From: a virus
Reading direction: 5' to 3' (one strand)
DNA: 64,000 nt
Virus record (IMG/VR): IMGVR_UViG_3300035034_003571
Location: 1-64,000 of that record
The position numbers and the translations under genes are program-made. The notes below the pieces were generated by a model, which saw only the letters and a program-made list of their open reading frames with translations, was not told where the DNA came from and did not search any database. This document shows positions 8,684 through 18,953 of this stretch, piece by piece; position 1 is the stretch's first letter, and the number at the start of each line of letters is the position of its first letter.

Positions 8684-9742
8684 TTAGATGTTAATTAGAA
8701 CGTATTTAATTCTCCCTTCTTCCTCAGCAGATACGGTTTTCATTATTTTATCTAAATCCGAAGATTTTTTAACCACTTGACATCCCGCTGACCACGTATT
8801 TATTTTTTCAGATCCATTTGCAGAATGTATTAGAATACTTTTATTTCCGCTTTCCCCCTTTCCAGGACTATATGTATAAAATCTTACAGCCTCGCTTGGG
8901 GTTTTTACTATGCTATACCTTTGAACTTTAGCTCCCTCTCTAGGTCTCATAATTTTCCCCAATTTATCGGAATAAGAAACCTCATATTCATAGATTCCTG
9001 GTTGCATTATTGCAACTCCTTTATTTGCTGGGGAAGCTCCTAGGTATTTATATCTTCTAGAAATCCACCAAGCTCTATAAGGAGCAACCCTAAATCCCAT
9101 TCCAGGAAAGGTGGTACATTCAAAGATTTCTGGGCTTTTACCGGAATTTTTTGGAGGAAGAAGAACCATTGCATCTATAAATCCGTTTGGGACTTCTTTC
9201 CTTTTATCTATATCATTTCTTAGACCTAATAAATTCCAAGAATTTAAGTTAATCTTATTAATAAGTCCTTTATCTTCCAATAATTCCATATAGTCTTTCC
9301 TATCGTATTTAGACCATGAAGAGGAATTAAATTTATAAGCCCCTAATTTATTGAAATCCGGTTTAGTAATTTTGGAAGTACCAACTTCAACTTTAGCTAT
9401 TTTTTCTTCTATTTCTTTTTCTTCACTATTTTTCTTATTGAAAGTAGCTTCGACTTTGTCCCCATCATTAGCAATACTTAATGTAGAATCTTGAAATCCT
9501 CCCATGGCTTCAACCTGTTCTTCAGCTGTATCGTTAAATGCTCCTTTTAAATGGCTAGGTAAATCTCCCTGATCTTTAAGTATTTTCGATAATGTTTCTA
9601 TAAAATCAGTAGGGTTCTCTTCAAGATTTTTGAGTATTTTAGATATTCCACTAGTAGCAATGTTTCCTAACATAGTAGAAATATCCTCATCTAACCGGGA
9701 TTCTAAAAATGCATCAAATTTCTTTATTTTTTTATTATTCAT
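8684..9742 (-). CDS. Protein with a C-terminal L,D-transpeptidase (YkuD)-like His/Cys motif and an N-terminal capsid-targeting-like peptide
   Basis: ILIHSANG...WSAGCQVV motif; N-terminus KIKKFDAFLE. Confidence 0.55.
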   Translation of the reverse strand: MNNKKIKKFDAFLESRLDEDISTMLGNIATSGISKILKNLEENPTDFIETLSKILKDQGDLPSHLKGAFNDTAEEQVEAMGGFQDSTLSIANDGDKVEATFNKKNSEEKEIEEKIAKVEVGTSKITKPDFNKLGAYKFNSSSWSKYDRKDYMELLEDKGLINKINLNSWNLLGLRNDIDKRKEVPNGFIDAMVLLPPKNSGKSPEIFECTTFPGMGFRVAPYRAWWISRRYKYLGASPANKGVAIMQPGIYEYEVSYSDKLGKIMRPREGAKVQRYSIVKTPSEAVRFYTYSPGKGESGNKSILIHSANGSEKINTWSAGCQVVKKSSDLDKIMKTVSAEEEGRIKYVLINI

Positions 9743-9749
9743 TTTAGAA

Positions 9750-10046
9750 CTATTTTTTTAGGAAATAAACTATAAGAGAATTTATTATTACTGAAAATCC
9801 ACTACTAAAAAAACCAAAAGCTATCCAGTTTCTAATCGCATCTTCGAAAATAAACCCATTCGGAAAGGGGAAAAAGTTATACATAAGTATACCAACCCAA
9901 AATCCCGAACACATAATACAGGTAAAAAGCTTTCCGAAAACCCTGGCTTTTAGTAAAAGATAATTTCTTATCGGTTCTAGAATAGTTCCGTTTACTATGA
10001 TATTAGTTATAGCCCAACAAAAAAATAAATACAGAAATATTTCCAT
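9750..10046 (-). CDS. Small membrane protein (DUF1360-like)
   Basis: Three hydrophobic segments; ILEPIR...KLFTCIMCSGFWVG motif. Confidence 0.65.
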   Translation of the reverse strand: MEIFLYLFFCWAITNIIVNGTILEPIRNYLLLKARVFGKLFTCIMCSGFWVGILMYNFFPFPNGFIFEDAIRNWIAFGFFSSGFSVIINSLIVYFLKK

Positions 10047-10058
10047 ATCTTATATATC

Positions 10059-11099
10059 TTAAGCTTTTTCTTCTTCCAAAGACTCGTAAAAACTTTCTAA
10101 AATAGATTTTTGATTTTCAGTTAATCCCGAGGGAACCTTAACGTTTACTCTTATGAGTATATCCCCGTTCATCACTCCGTTCAATTCTGGTACACCTTTA
10201 CCTCTTATCCTAAATATTTTCCCAGGCTGAGTTCCTGATGGTATAGATATTTTATAAGTCCCACCAGAAAGGTTGGAAACTTCTATCTCTGACCCTATAC
10301 ATGCTTCTTTAAAGCTTATGTCTTTATTAGCTACTAAATTTATTCCATCCCTTTTATATTCAGCATGAACATATTCTTCTATATTCACTATAGCATCTCC
10401 TGGCTGTCCATTTTTTAAATAGTCACCACCTCCCGGAACTATAAAAGAAAGTCCTGAGTAACTCCCCTTCGGTACATTTATACTAAGGGTTTCTTCATTT
10501 TTAGTGGACCCGGTAGCTTGACATTCGTCACATGCCTCTTTTATTATTTTTCCGGTACCTTGACAAGAATAGCAGGATTGTTCCATTTCCATGGTCCCAT
10601 ATGCAGTATTAACATTTTTAGAAGTTGTTCCTTTACCCCCACATGAAGTACATTCATTGAAAGATTTGTCTTTAGCTCCTGTACCCTCACATTTTTTACA
10701 AGGAGTTTTTCTGTATATTTTAAATTCTTTCTTAGCTCCCTTTAATATTTCCTCTAAAGTTAATTGGAGATTAACATTTATATTTCCCCCTCTTCTACGA
10801 CTTCTATTAGTTCTAGTAGCATTTCTAAACATATTCTCTATGTCTTCGAATGGCATCCCTCCAAAGTTACCCGAGGGCCTATCATATTGCTCTTTCTTTT
10901 TAGGATCCGAAAGAATCTCATATGCTTCAGAAATCTCTTTAAATCTTTCCTCAGAATTTTTATCATCTGGGTTTCTATCCGGATGATTTGCTAAAGCAAG
11001 CTTCCTATATGCTTTTTTGATTTCAGAACTGGTAGATTCTTTAGTAACCCCTAGTATTCTATAGTAATCTTTTTTCATTAAAATGAGGATTTTATCCAA
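10059..11099 (-). CDS. dnaJ: DnaJ (Hsp40) co-chaperone; likely start MKKDYY at 11078
   Basis: J-domain with HPD, four CxxCxGxG repeats, C-terminal GTQPG...RGKG. Confidence 0.95.
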   Translation of the reverse strand: MDKILILMKKDYYRILGVTKESTSSEIKKAYRKLALANHPDRNPDDKNSEERFKEISEAYEILSDPKKKEQYDRPSGNFGGMPFEDIENMFRNATRTNRSRRRGGNINVNLQLTLEEILKGAKKEFKIYRKTPCKKCEGTGAKDKSFNECTSCGGKGTTSKNVNTAYGTMEMEQSCYSCQGTGKIIKEACDECQATGSTKNEETLSINVPKGSYSGLSFIVPGGGDYLKNGQPGDAIVNIEEYVHAEYKRDGINLVANKDISFKEACIGSEIEVSNLSGGTYKISIPSGTQPGKIFRIRGKGVPELNGVMNGDILIRVNVKVPSGLTENQKSILESFYESLEEEKA

Positions 11100-11434
11100 T
11101 TTACCAGTCTTTCCTCTGGAGTTAGCTCTGAATAATCTTCCCGATTATCCCATTCTTTTTTAAGGTTTTCGCCTAGTCTTATTATATCAGAACACCTTTC
11201 GAATTCTTCTTTCTTTTCCCAATACTTTAACATTTTTTCTAAAAAAGGTTCCATCTGTGATTTGTCCTTTAGTAGATAAAAAAGATCATTAGAACCAGAA
11301 GATAGTGAATGGAAAAATATGTCCTGAGTTGCTCTCTCTACTTGCAACATTAATAATTTACTTTGAGGGTGTGAAGAATACATACCCCTCCAGTCTGTAA
11401 AATCTGGTAATCTTTGTTCCTCAGAAAATGCCAT
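11078..11434 (-). CDS. Hypothetical protein
   Basis: Tightly packed minus-strand ORF; EEFERC short helical (UVR-like) motif. Confidence 0.65.
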   Translation of the reverse strand: MAFSEEQRLPDFTDWRGMYSSHPQSKLLMLQVERATQDIFFHSLSSGSNDLFYLLKDKSQMEPFLEKMLKYWEKKEEFERCSDIIRLGENLKKEWDNREDYSELTPEERLVNWIKSSF

Positions 11435-11697
11435 TAGTTGTTTTTTAATATTTCGTAAACCATTTTATATTTACTTGGGTCTGATAGCGATTCATTATTG
11501 ATCTTATTATCATCCATAAAAGAATCCAAAATTTCTTTTCCAAATTCGTCACACAAAATACTATATTTTATCTTTCCCTCCATTTCCGAATCCCTAGTGT
11601 ATTTAACCCCACACTCATCCAAATCTAATGATAAAAGATCTTTTTCCATGTTTCTGAATGCTTCTATTTCTTCTTCTCCTAATTTTTTATTTTCCAT
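11434..11697 (-). CDS. Hypothetical protein
   Basis: Stop/start overlap with the next gene; GATACATA variant motif at 11702-11709. Confidence 0.6.
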   Translation of the reverse strand: MENKKLGEEEIEAFRNMEKDLLSLDLDECGVKYTRDSEMEGKIKYSILCDEFGKEILDSFMDDNKINNESLSDPSKYKMVYEILKNN

Positions 11698-11714
11698 GCT
11701 TTATGTATCGATAT

Positions 11715-13490
11715 TTACTTACTTAGCCAATTCTTTCTAAGCTGAGATGATTTACCAAATGCCATTTCTAGCAAACCTTTGGATTGTCTATCTTGTTTAA
11801 TATTGACTAGTCTTCGGTTTTTCATAATAGTAACCCAGTCATCTTCAGCTAAAGAACCTAACCCTTTTAAATATCTAACATTGGTTACCTTTCCTTTATA
11901 CGATTCAAATTCAGGAATAGAATAGAAATATTTTTTAACTCTATCGCCTATAGAAATTAGTGGGGTTTCAAAATAAAATAGCTTATTCTTTTTTATAATC
12001 CAAGGAAACCACTGAAAAAATAGGTTTATTACCAAAGAAGTAATGTGTGCTCCGTCTGGGTCTTGATCAGCAGCTATAACTATATTTTCATAAGGTATTG
12101 GATTAGTGGGAGATTCAGTATCCAGATTTAATATTTTCATTAATTCTAAGATTTCCACACTTTGTAAATCTGAAATAGTTCTAGCATTTTTTACTTTACC
12201 CTTTAAAGCATATACCCCATCGGTTTTAGGATCCCTTTCCTGTAGTATAGAACCAGCAGCACTTAATCCCTCTACTATAAATAAATTTTTTGGGTTGGAG
12301 GAAGTTGGGGGAACATACTTTTTAGAATATTTTATATTTATTTTCTTTTTAGCCTTTCTTATGTCTTTCAACATAGCGTCTTTCATTCTAGCTTCAACCT
12401 TTTTTTGGATTCTCTTAAATACGTTGGTTCTACTAAATTCTTTTATTTTACTTTCAAATTGAGATAAAATCGGTCTTTCTACTTCCTCTCTTTTAGTAAC
12501 GAATCTAGTTTTATTTTGGTCTCCAAATTTTACTAAAGATGGGGGTAGATTAAGTATTAATAGAAAATCATAAAAGTGATGACCTAAAGAATCCTCCAGA
12601 TATTTGTTTATTTCATCAGAAATTATTTTTTGGTGTATTCCAGTACAGCTAGCACTATTAACAAAAGATAAGGATGAAGATCCTGGGTATAAATTTTCCC
12701 AAATTAATATCTCGCCTATTTTTGTTTTATAAGAAGCCTCTGAAAATACATCAGATTTTATAATTTCAGATTTACCGTCCCATTCAAGGGTTATTTTAAG
12801 CTGATTAGTTTTATCCTCCGATTCTAAAACCCTTTTCTTTAAAACTAGCATACTGTAAAGTATCTCTCTGTCCCATTTACATTTATCAAATACCTTACTC
12901 AAAGGAGTAAAAGAAACCAGAGTCCCTTTAGATCTACCAGAAGACCTAGGACTAACTGAATGGATGTTAGGGATGAAATTTTCCCATTTTTGGGAATAAA
13001 CTTCCTTGTTATTAATAGTTTGAACTAAAAAGGATTCAGATAGTGCATTAACTAAACTAACTCCCATTCCATTCGTTCCTATAAGGGATTCCTCTACTTT
13101 CTCATTTTCAAAATTTGATCCGGCTCTTAACATAGACATAGCAGTAGCAACGTTTGTAAGCCCGCTTTTTCTATTTTTAGAGGAAGCATTAATAAAGCCA
13201 TCGCCAGAATCTTCTATTGTCATCTGATTTGTTTTGGAATTTACTGAAACACTGATAGACTTCATCTTAGTTTTCATTCTCTTAGCTTCGTCAACTGAAT
13301 TTGAAAAAACTTCGTCGAATAACTTATACATCCCCACGGATATACTTCTAGATTCCACGTGAAGTTTAGTATCTTTAATTATTGGAACGTTCTCGTCACT
13401 AACTTTAACCGATCCCACATAAATAGTAGGTCTTTGTATTATATGTTCATGTTCGGATAATACCTTTATTTCCTTAGAAGCTCTGTTCAT
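11715..13490 (-). CDS. Topoisomerase II large subunit (GyrB / gp39+gp60-like)
   Basis: EHIIQRPTIYVGS, EVFSNSVDE, GTNGMGVSLVN (GHKL), IVEGLSA, ALKGKVKN, DQDPDGAHI (TOPRIM), YLKGLGSL. Confidence 0.95.
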   Translation of the reverse strand: MNRASKEIKVLSEHEHIIQRPTIYVGSVKVSDENVPIIKDTKLHVESRSISVGMYKLFDEVFSNSVDEAKRMKTKMKSISVSVNSKTNQMTIEDSGDGFINASSKNRKSGLTNVATAMSMLRAGSNFENEKVEESLIGTNGMGVSLVNALSESFLVQTINNKEVYSQKWENFIPNIHSVSPRSSGRSKGTLVSFTPLSKVFDKCKWDREILYSMLVLKKRVLESEDKTNQLKITLEWDGKSEIIKSDVFSEASYKTKIGEILIWENLYPGSSSLSFVNSASCTGIHQKIISDEINKYLEDSLGHHFYDFLLILNLPPSLVKFGDQNKTRFVTKREEVERPILSQFESKIKEFSRTNVFKRIQKKVEARMKDAMLKDIRKAKKKINIKYSKKYVPPTSSNPKNLFIVEGLSAAGSILQERDPKTDGVYALKGKVKNARTISDLQSVEILELMKILNLDTESPTNPIPYENIVIAADQDPDGAHITSLVINLFFQWFPWIIKKNKLFYFETPLISIGDRVKKYFYSIPEFESYKGKVTNVRYLKGLGSLAEDDWVTIMKNRRLVNIKQDRQSKGLLEMAFGKSSQLRKNWLSK

Positions 13491-13492
13491 AT

Positions 13493-14728
13493 TTAATTTT
13501 TATCTTGGGATTCTTTTAATTTTTTCATTTTTTCATCAGCCGCATTTTCGAAATTCTTTAAATTCCCAGCCATTCTATTTCTTTCATTTTCAGGAAGGGA
13601 TTTAAAAAATTCAGCATTAACCACAGGTTCTAAATGTTTAAATGCTATATCGGGATTTCCTGCATGGAAAGCTGAAAGGGCAAACTCATCAAGAAATCTC
13701 CATTCCCAGATTTCTTTTTCTATAAATAGTATATCATTACAAGGAGGAGCTTTAAGCCCCATTAATCCGTAGGTAAATGCTAAAATATGTCTATTTTGAT
13801 TCCTTAGAGTCCTCATAGTATGAAAAAGGGCTTCCATTCTCTGCGGTCTATATTCCCAAGCCATTGAATATGAATTAGTAACTTCTACCATGCTATCTTT
13901 TCTAGACTCTTTAAGTCTGGCTATCATATAAAGAGAATAATAAACCTCTTCTTCCCAGCCTCCCATAGAAACTCTTCTTTTATAAGCTTCTATAGATTTA
14001 TCAATTTGTCCAGAATCTCTGTAACTCTGGGCCAAGTAAAATACATATCTGGTATTTTCTGGTTCTTTTTCTAAAGCTCCTTCCAATATTTTAGCATCGC
14101 CTGCATATTTTTCCTGGAGAGAATTGGCTCTTTTTAATGGGCTAATACTAGCTTTAACGAAAGAATTTTGTATCTTTTGATGTTTAGCTTCTTTCCCTGG
14201 TAAATGAAGATATTCATGAAGTACGCCTTTATAAATCCAATCTTGATCAGACCTAACTATTTGGGCTCTAAAATATTGGATTCTATCCAACTTATAAAGA
14301 ATTTGAAATGCATCGGGGGTTTTATCCAATCCAACAAATGGGTTTTTTGTTTCGGGAATAAAGAAATCATCAGCATCTATAATCCATCTATAATCACATA
14401 TACCTTTAGATAATTCCAGACTTTCGGTTCTATTTACTTCGAAATTAACCCAAGGTCTTTCATACAAAGTTCCAGGAATGTCCAATTCCGAGGTAACTCT
14501 ATTTATTACTTCTAGAGTATTATCACTAGACCCTGTATCTACTATAACCCAGTGGGAAATATACGGAGCTGCAGATTTTATGCATTTTTCTATGGTATCC
14601 TCTTCATCTTTTACTATCATTACTAGACAAAGAGATATTTCCTGTTCAGGATCTTTAATTAATGGATTAATTTCTTCTTGAATTTCTATAGTTTCTATTT
14701 CCATAGAATCTTTTTTATTTTCTGACAT
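13493..14728 (-). CDS. GT2 glycosyltransferase with C-terminal TPR repeats
   Basis: LVMIVKDEE, VDTGSSDNT, IDADD, YKGVLHE; TPR-like RYVFYLAQSYRD. Confidence 0.88.
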   Translation of the reverse strand: MSENKKDSMEIETIEIQEEINPLIKDPEQEISLCLVMIVKDEEDTIEKCIKSAAPYISHWVIVDTGSSDNTLEVINRVTSELDIPGTLYERPWVNFEVNRTESLELSKGICDYRWIIDADDFFIPETKNPFVGLDKTPDAFQILYKLDRIQYFRAQIVRSDQDWIYKGVLHEYLHLPGKEAKHQKIQNSFVKASISPLKRANSLQEKYAGDAKILEGALEKEPENTRYVFYLAQSYRDSGQIDKSIEAYKRRVSMGGWEEEVYYSLYMIARLKESRKDSMVEVTNSYSMAWEYRPQRMEALFHTMRTLRNQNRHILAFTYGLMGLKAPPCNDILFIEKEIWEWRFLDEFALSAFHAGNPDIAFKHLEPVVNAEFFKSLPENERNRMAGNLKNFENAADEKMKKLKESQDKN

Positions 14729-14785
14729 AAAATATTTTTATTTACCAAATAATTATTTGGTTATTGTTTATATGAATTTAAATTA

Positions 14786-15391
14786 CTATTGTTCCAGTAC
14801 TATAGAAGAGTCAAAAGGACTTTTAGATTTTTCTAAAATAAAAACAATATCATTATGAGCGTATTTATTACCTTCGAGATTAAAAAAAAGATCCATAGAT
14901 AATTCACCCTCGAGTAAATAACAAACCTCATATCCATCTTCTCTTTCTCCGAATGTTATTACAGAAGGGTTTTCTATGAATGTTAATTCTATCGCTGTGG
15001 TACCATTTTTAGCCGAAACTATTCTAACCAGTAAAAGATCTTCGAAGTCAAAACCAGCAAGATTTTCATACATGAAAGGATAAACTATATAAGCTTCTTG
15101 CTCACTTTCACCTATAGTTATTTGGTCAAGGATTTTTGGAAATAGATATAAAATGTCCTCTTTCACTGAATGAACCGAAGTAATACTTTTAATATCTATT
15201 CTGTAATATAAATAAGGATTTTGAAATCTTCTGGGTTTTATTAAAGATCTGGAAAGCTTTTTTTCTAATCCTTCCGCAAACATTTCCGATAGAGAATTAA
15301 GTTCTGAGTCTTTCTGCGAATATTTTACCCTATTCTTTTCTACTTCTCCGTTGAAATTTTCAAAGAAGGAGTCCAATAAACCTTTATCCAT
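14786..15391 (-). CDS. Hypothetical protein
   Basis: 201-aa ORF in a packed minus-strand run. Confidence 0.65.
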   Translation of the reverse strand: MDKGLLDSFFENFNGEVEKNRVKYSQKDSELNSLSEMFAEGLEKKLSRSLIKPRRFQNPYLYYRIDIKSITSVHSVKEDILYLFPKILDQITIGESEQEAYIVYPFMYENLAGFDFEDLLLVRIVSAKNGTTAIELTFIENPSVITFGEREDGYEVCYLLEGELSMDLFFNLEGNKYAHNDIVFILEKSKSPFDSSIVLEQ

Positions 15392-15402
15392 GTAAAATAC
15401 TT

Positions 15403-16023
15403 TTAGAAATTAATCTTTTTTATAATAGAATTATAAACTTCCGTTGGGGTTTTTGATGCATTTACTGTGATTGATTTCCTGCTCCTGGAATAAAAATCTA
15501 CTAGAGGAAGAGTTTTTTCTTCATAATCTTTAAACCTTTTCTCTATGATTTTTTCTGACTTGTCATCATCCCTATTTTCCTTTTTCGCTCTTCTAGAGAT
15601 TCTTTCCTTGGCTTTTTCTTCACTAACGTCTAGGTATATTACATGGCTTAGCCCCATACCCATTTTTCCTAATAAAGAGGCCAACCTTTTTCCTTGCTTT
15701 ATAGTTCTGGGGAATCCATCAAATATTACTCCTTTACTTAAGTCACTATCTTTTAGCTTTTCTTTCAGTAACCCTAGTACCATACCATCAGTAAGAAAGT
15801 CTCCCCTTTTCAGGACCTCTTTTATTTCTTTATCCTCACTTTTTCTAGCTAAATCCCCTGTTGATATATGTAATATTCCCTTTTCAGAAGAAAGCTTTTT
15901 TGATACCGTTCCCTTTCCTGAACCCGGAGGTCCTAAGATAATAACTATCTTTCCTATTTCTTCTCTTTGCTTTTTCTTTTCAAAAAGGAAATCCTCGTAA
16001 TTGATTATATTCTCGTTACTCAT
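15403..16023 (-). CDS. adk: Adenylate kinase (short LID) with an N-terminal extension
   Basis: GPPGSGKGT, HISTGDL, FDGFPRT, RDDD; extension IINYEDFLFE. Confidence 0.93.
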   Translation of the reverse strand: MSNENIINYEDFLFEKKKQREEIGKIVIILGPPGSGKGTVSKKLSSEKGILHISTGDLARKSEDKEIKEVLKRGDFLTDGMVLGLLKEKLKDSDLSKGVIFDGFPRTIKQGKRLASLLGKMGMGLSHVIYLDVSEEKAKERISRRAKKENRDDDKSEKIIEKRFKDYEEKTLPLVDFYSRSRKSITVNASKTPTEVYNSIIKKINF

Positions 16024-16035
16024 GTTATCTATATA

Positions 16036-16464
16036 TCAATCTTTAAAAACTTGTACCGTTTTATTTCTTTCTATTAATTCAGTCCACTTTCCATCATATC
16101 TAGTAGCTCTTACTATATGATTATCTACCCAATGATAATTTCCTCCTCTCGGCTTTCCCATAAGAAGCCCAGAATACTTATAACCATTAGCGGTTAACCA
16201 ATCTTCAGTGACTTTTCTATGCTCTTCTGTTCTGGACGTAAAAAAAGTTATTATATCTCCTCCTTCGTACCAACCATTTATAATCTCTATTGAACCTGGA
16301 TAAGGTAAGCAGGTAACCATTCTTTCAGGCTCCTCATTAGGTATATCATCCGTTATTGTTCCGTCTATATCAATCAGGTAGTTTTTTTTACCTTTTGGTA
16401 AGACGGGACTTATTAAAGCCCCGTCTTTATTTTTAATACTATCTAATTCCATATTAATTAACAT
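16036..16464 (-). CDS. HAD-superfamily (capless) phosphatase
   Basis: LIDIDGTI, FFTSR, MGKPR, WVDN motifs I-IV. Confidence 0.8.
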   Translation of the reverse strand: MLINMELDSIKNKDGALISPVLPKGKKNYLIDIDGTITDDIPNEEPERMVTCLPYPGSIEIINGWYEGGDIITFFTSRTEEHRKVTEDWLTANGYKYSGLLMGKPRGGNYHWVDNHIVRATRYDGKWTELIERNKTVQVFKD

Positions 16465-18152
16465 TTACTCCAACCACAGTTGGTACACATTAAGCATCCC
16501 TCTTGATAAGTCATAGTATTTACACCTTTACATTCTTCGCAGTTATCAGTAGATTTTAAATCTTCTGATAGATACTTTTTAAGGGTTCTTCCTATAGCTT
16601 TACTGAAAGATGTTATATTTCCTTCAGCTTTATTTAGCTGTTCAAAAATAAACTGGATAGGGGTACCATGTCTTAGTGCAGTAGATATTAATCTAGTTAA
16701 AGCTTCTTGTTCATCAGTTTCAAAGTTAACCGCAAGATTTTCTATAATTAATCCATTAGAACACTCTAAATTATAATGGCCCCTTTTAACTTTAGTTAAT
16801 CGACCATCTTTTATAGAAGTAGGCAGGTGTATAGATTTTGTCTTAAATGCAAATACTTCGTATGGATCATCGGACATTAACCCAATAATAACTATCCAAC
16901 TATCACCTTTAGATGTAACGTGGTGAATGTCACAAAGTAAAGTTTTTCCCCTAACAGGAGCATCGGTTTTTATTATTTTATTTTCTTCCTTTTTTGAATC
17001 TTCCTTTTTCGTTGAAGAAAGTACTTCTGTCATAGTACCAGCTCTATATGTGGTTCCGCCCTTTACAGTTTTAGTACTGTGTAGATCCTTATAAAGGGTT
17101 TTGAATGATTCGAAAGGATAATCATTAGGAATATTAACAGTTTTAGACATAGCACTATCTATATATTTTGATAATACCCCCATGGTAACAACATGTTCGT
17201 CTATACCAAGTTCAGTTGTAGTAGCTGCCCAAGGTGCTTTTGGATCCCATTCATTAGTTGATTCCAAAGATCTAACGGCGTAATCTTTTACTGTGGTTTC
17301 TCTGAGTAATCCTCTGGAATTATCGAATTTCCAAGTATTTCCTTGGAACTTAACTGATAACAAATTTTCATCTCCTTCTTTAATCCATTCCCATTCGGTA
17401 TCAGATTTGTATGTTTTATTTACCCAATCAACATTTTTAGGGACACTTAATCCTTCTGGTGCATAAGGCATCATACTTGTTCTCACATACTCAGGCATGA
17501 ATACAGGCTCAAGTCCTCCAGATATAACATTAGCAAAAATTGAGGTATTTCCCGTTGGTTGAATAGAAAGTAGATGGGAATTTCTTATTCCAAATTGTTT
17601 TATAAGGGATCTAGTTTTTTCGTCTAGGTTTTTAATAAATTCGCCACTAAGATATTTTTCCTCGTCATACAATCCGAAAACTCCTTTCTCTTCGGCTAAT
17701 ATAGCAGAAGACGAATATGCAGTATTCATTATAAACTTCATAAGGGATTCAGTTAATTCAACAGCTTTTTCTGATCCATATCTAAGTTTCATCATCATTA
17801 AAGCTGAACCATATCCCATGATTCCAAGACCTATTCTTCTTTTGTCTTTGAGATTTTGTCTTTGAGATTCTAACGGAACGTTTGTTACGTCATTAACATT
17901 ATCCATGAATCTAATTGCAATGGGGATGATTTCTTTTAGTTTTCCATAATCCCAGTCATTTTTATTCTTATTTACAAATTGGGTTAGATTCAAAGAACCA
18001 AGAAGACATACCCCACCTATAGGTAACAATTGTTCCCCGCAATTATGTACTAAAAGTCCGTTTGCAAAAAAATTATGGTTATTTTTTACTGTGATGTCAT
18101 AAACATCCTGATTTTCTACGACCTCTATCGATTTTATTTTAATTTCTTTCAT
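16458..18152 (-). CDS. nrdJ: Class II (B12-dependent) ribonucleotide reductase, C-terminal part, preceded by a 37-aa C-intein
   Basis: IntC ...VYDITV..NHNFFANGLLVHN followed by CGEQ; CLLGSLNL, RRIGLG, SIQPTGNTS, SKTVN; C-terminal Zn-ribbon EGCLMCTNCGWSKC. Confidence 0.92.
   Translation of the reverse strand: MKEIKIKSIEVVENQDVYDITVKNNHNFFANGLLVHNCGEQLLPIGGVCLLGSLNLTQFVNKNKNDWDYGKLKEIIPIAIRFMDNVNDVTNVPLESQRQNLKDKRRIGLGIMGYGSALMMMKLRYGSEKAVELTESLMKFIMNTAYSSSAILAEEKGVFGLYDEEKYLSGEFIKNLDEKTRSLIKQFGIRNSHLLSIQPTGNTSIFANVISGGLEPVFMPEYVRTSMMPYAPEGLSVPKNVDWVNKTYKSDTEWEWIKEGDENLLSVKFQGNTWKFDNSRGLLRETTVKDYAVRSLESTNEWDPKAPWAATTTELGIDEHVVTMGVLSKYIDSAMSKTVNIPNDYPFESFKTLYKDLHSTKTVKGGTTYRAGTMTEVLSSTKKEDSKKEENKIIKTDAPVRGKTLLCDIHHVTSKGDSWIVIIGLMSDDPYEVFAFKTKSIHLPTSIKDGRLTKVKRGHYNLECSNGLIIENLAVNFETDEQEALTRLISTALRHGTPIQFIFEQLNKAEGNITSFSKAIGRTLKKYLSEDLKSTDNCEECKGVNTMTYQEGCLMCTNCGWSKC
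18042..18152 (-). mobile_element. Split intein C-fragment (NrdJ)
   Basis: Blocks F/G ending VHN/C. Confidence 0.9.
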
Positions 18153-18157
18153 TAATA

Positions 18158-18904
18158 CTATATTTTTTTTAATTTTTTAATTTTCCACTCGTCAAAGTCT
18201 ACTTTAAAATTATCAGTGTATGGTTCTATATCTTCTATTAATACAGTTTCACATTCAACTAATTCTTTTAGTTTATAGAATTTCCATTTTTTAGATTTCC
18301 AATAGCCTTTTATTTCTATTATTTTAATTATTTTATTATTATTTCCAAATACGAAAAAATCAGGTTTATATAATATATTATTTCCAACGTTATATGTTCT
18401 ATATTCTGAATCCCATTTTATATTATTCTTATCTAACCATTTAGCATAAATATATTCCCATGAACTTCTTAACCATACATATTTTTCCATAGATTTATTA
18501 AAATAATAACCTTGTACCCCTCTTGCACTATAAGAAGTTTTTATATTGTACATTACTTTTGGATCAAATGCTCCTCTTTTTTCTGCTATTTGTATTCTTG
18601 CATTTTCCTTTCTTTTATTTCTTAAGAATTTGTTAGCGTGAGTAGAGCTTTTTAATTCAAAATCAAAATGGGAAACCAGAGAATTTCTCATCACTGAATA
18701 TGTTATGGGTAGAGAGTAATCTTTTATCATAGATTTTATTCCCATTCCTATTTTATTATATTTTTCATTCAAAAAATCATAAGTTTCTTTATACCTAATA
18801 TCATTTACTATTTTATTTTTTGAATGTAACCTCCTCGTACCATCCTGAATTTTAAATTTTCCTGATTGTATATCATCAAGAAATTCTCTAATATTTTCCA
18901 TCAA
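18158..18904 (-). CDS. Free-standing PD-(D/E)XK endonuclease inside the fractured nrdJ gene
   Basis: LRSSWEYIYAKWLD...W..E...YKPDFFV...IEIKGYW. Confidence 0.78.
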   Translation of the reverse strand: MMENIREFLDDIQSGKFKIQDGTRRLHSKNKIVNDIRYKETYDFLNEKYNKIGMGIKSMIKDYSLPITYSVMRNSLVSHFDFELKSSTHANKFLRNKRKENARIQIAEKRGAFDPKVMYNIKTSYSARGVQGYYFNKSMEKYVWLRSSWEYIYAKWLDKNNIKWDSEYRTYNVGNNILYKPDFFVFGNNNKIIKIIEIKGYWKSKKWKFYKLKELVECETVLIEDIEPYTDNFKVDFDEWKIKKLKKI

Positions 18905-18938
18905 TCCCTGCGCTTTATTTTATATATGGCAGGGATCA
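18902..18938 (-). promoter_or_regulatory. Start/RBS-sequestering hairpin with the CATATATA variant motif in its loop
   Basis: mRNA UGAUCCCUGC pairs with GCAGGGAUUG (8 WC plus 2 GU); motif at 18921-18928. Confidence 0.75.
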
Positions 18939-18953
18939 AAGGTTTTATTATTT

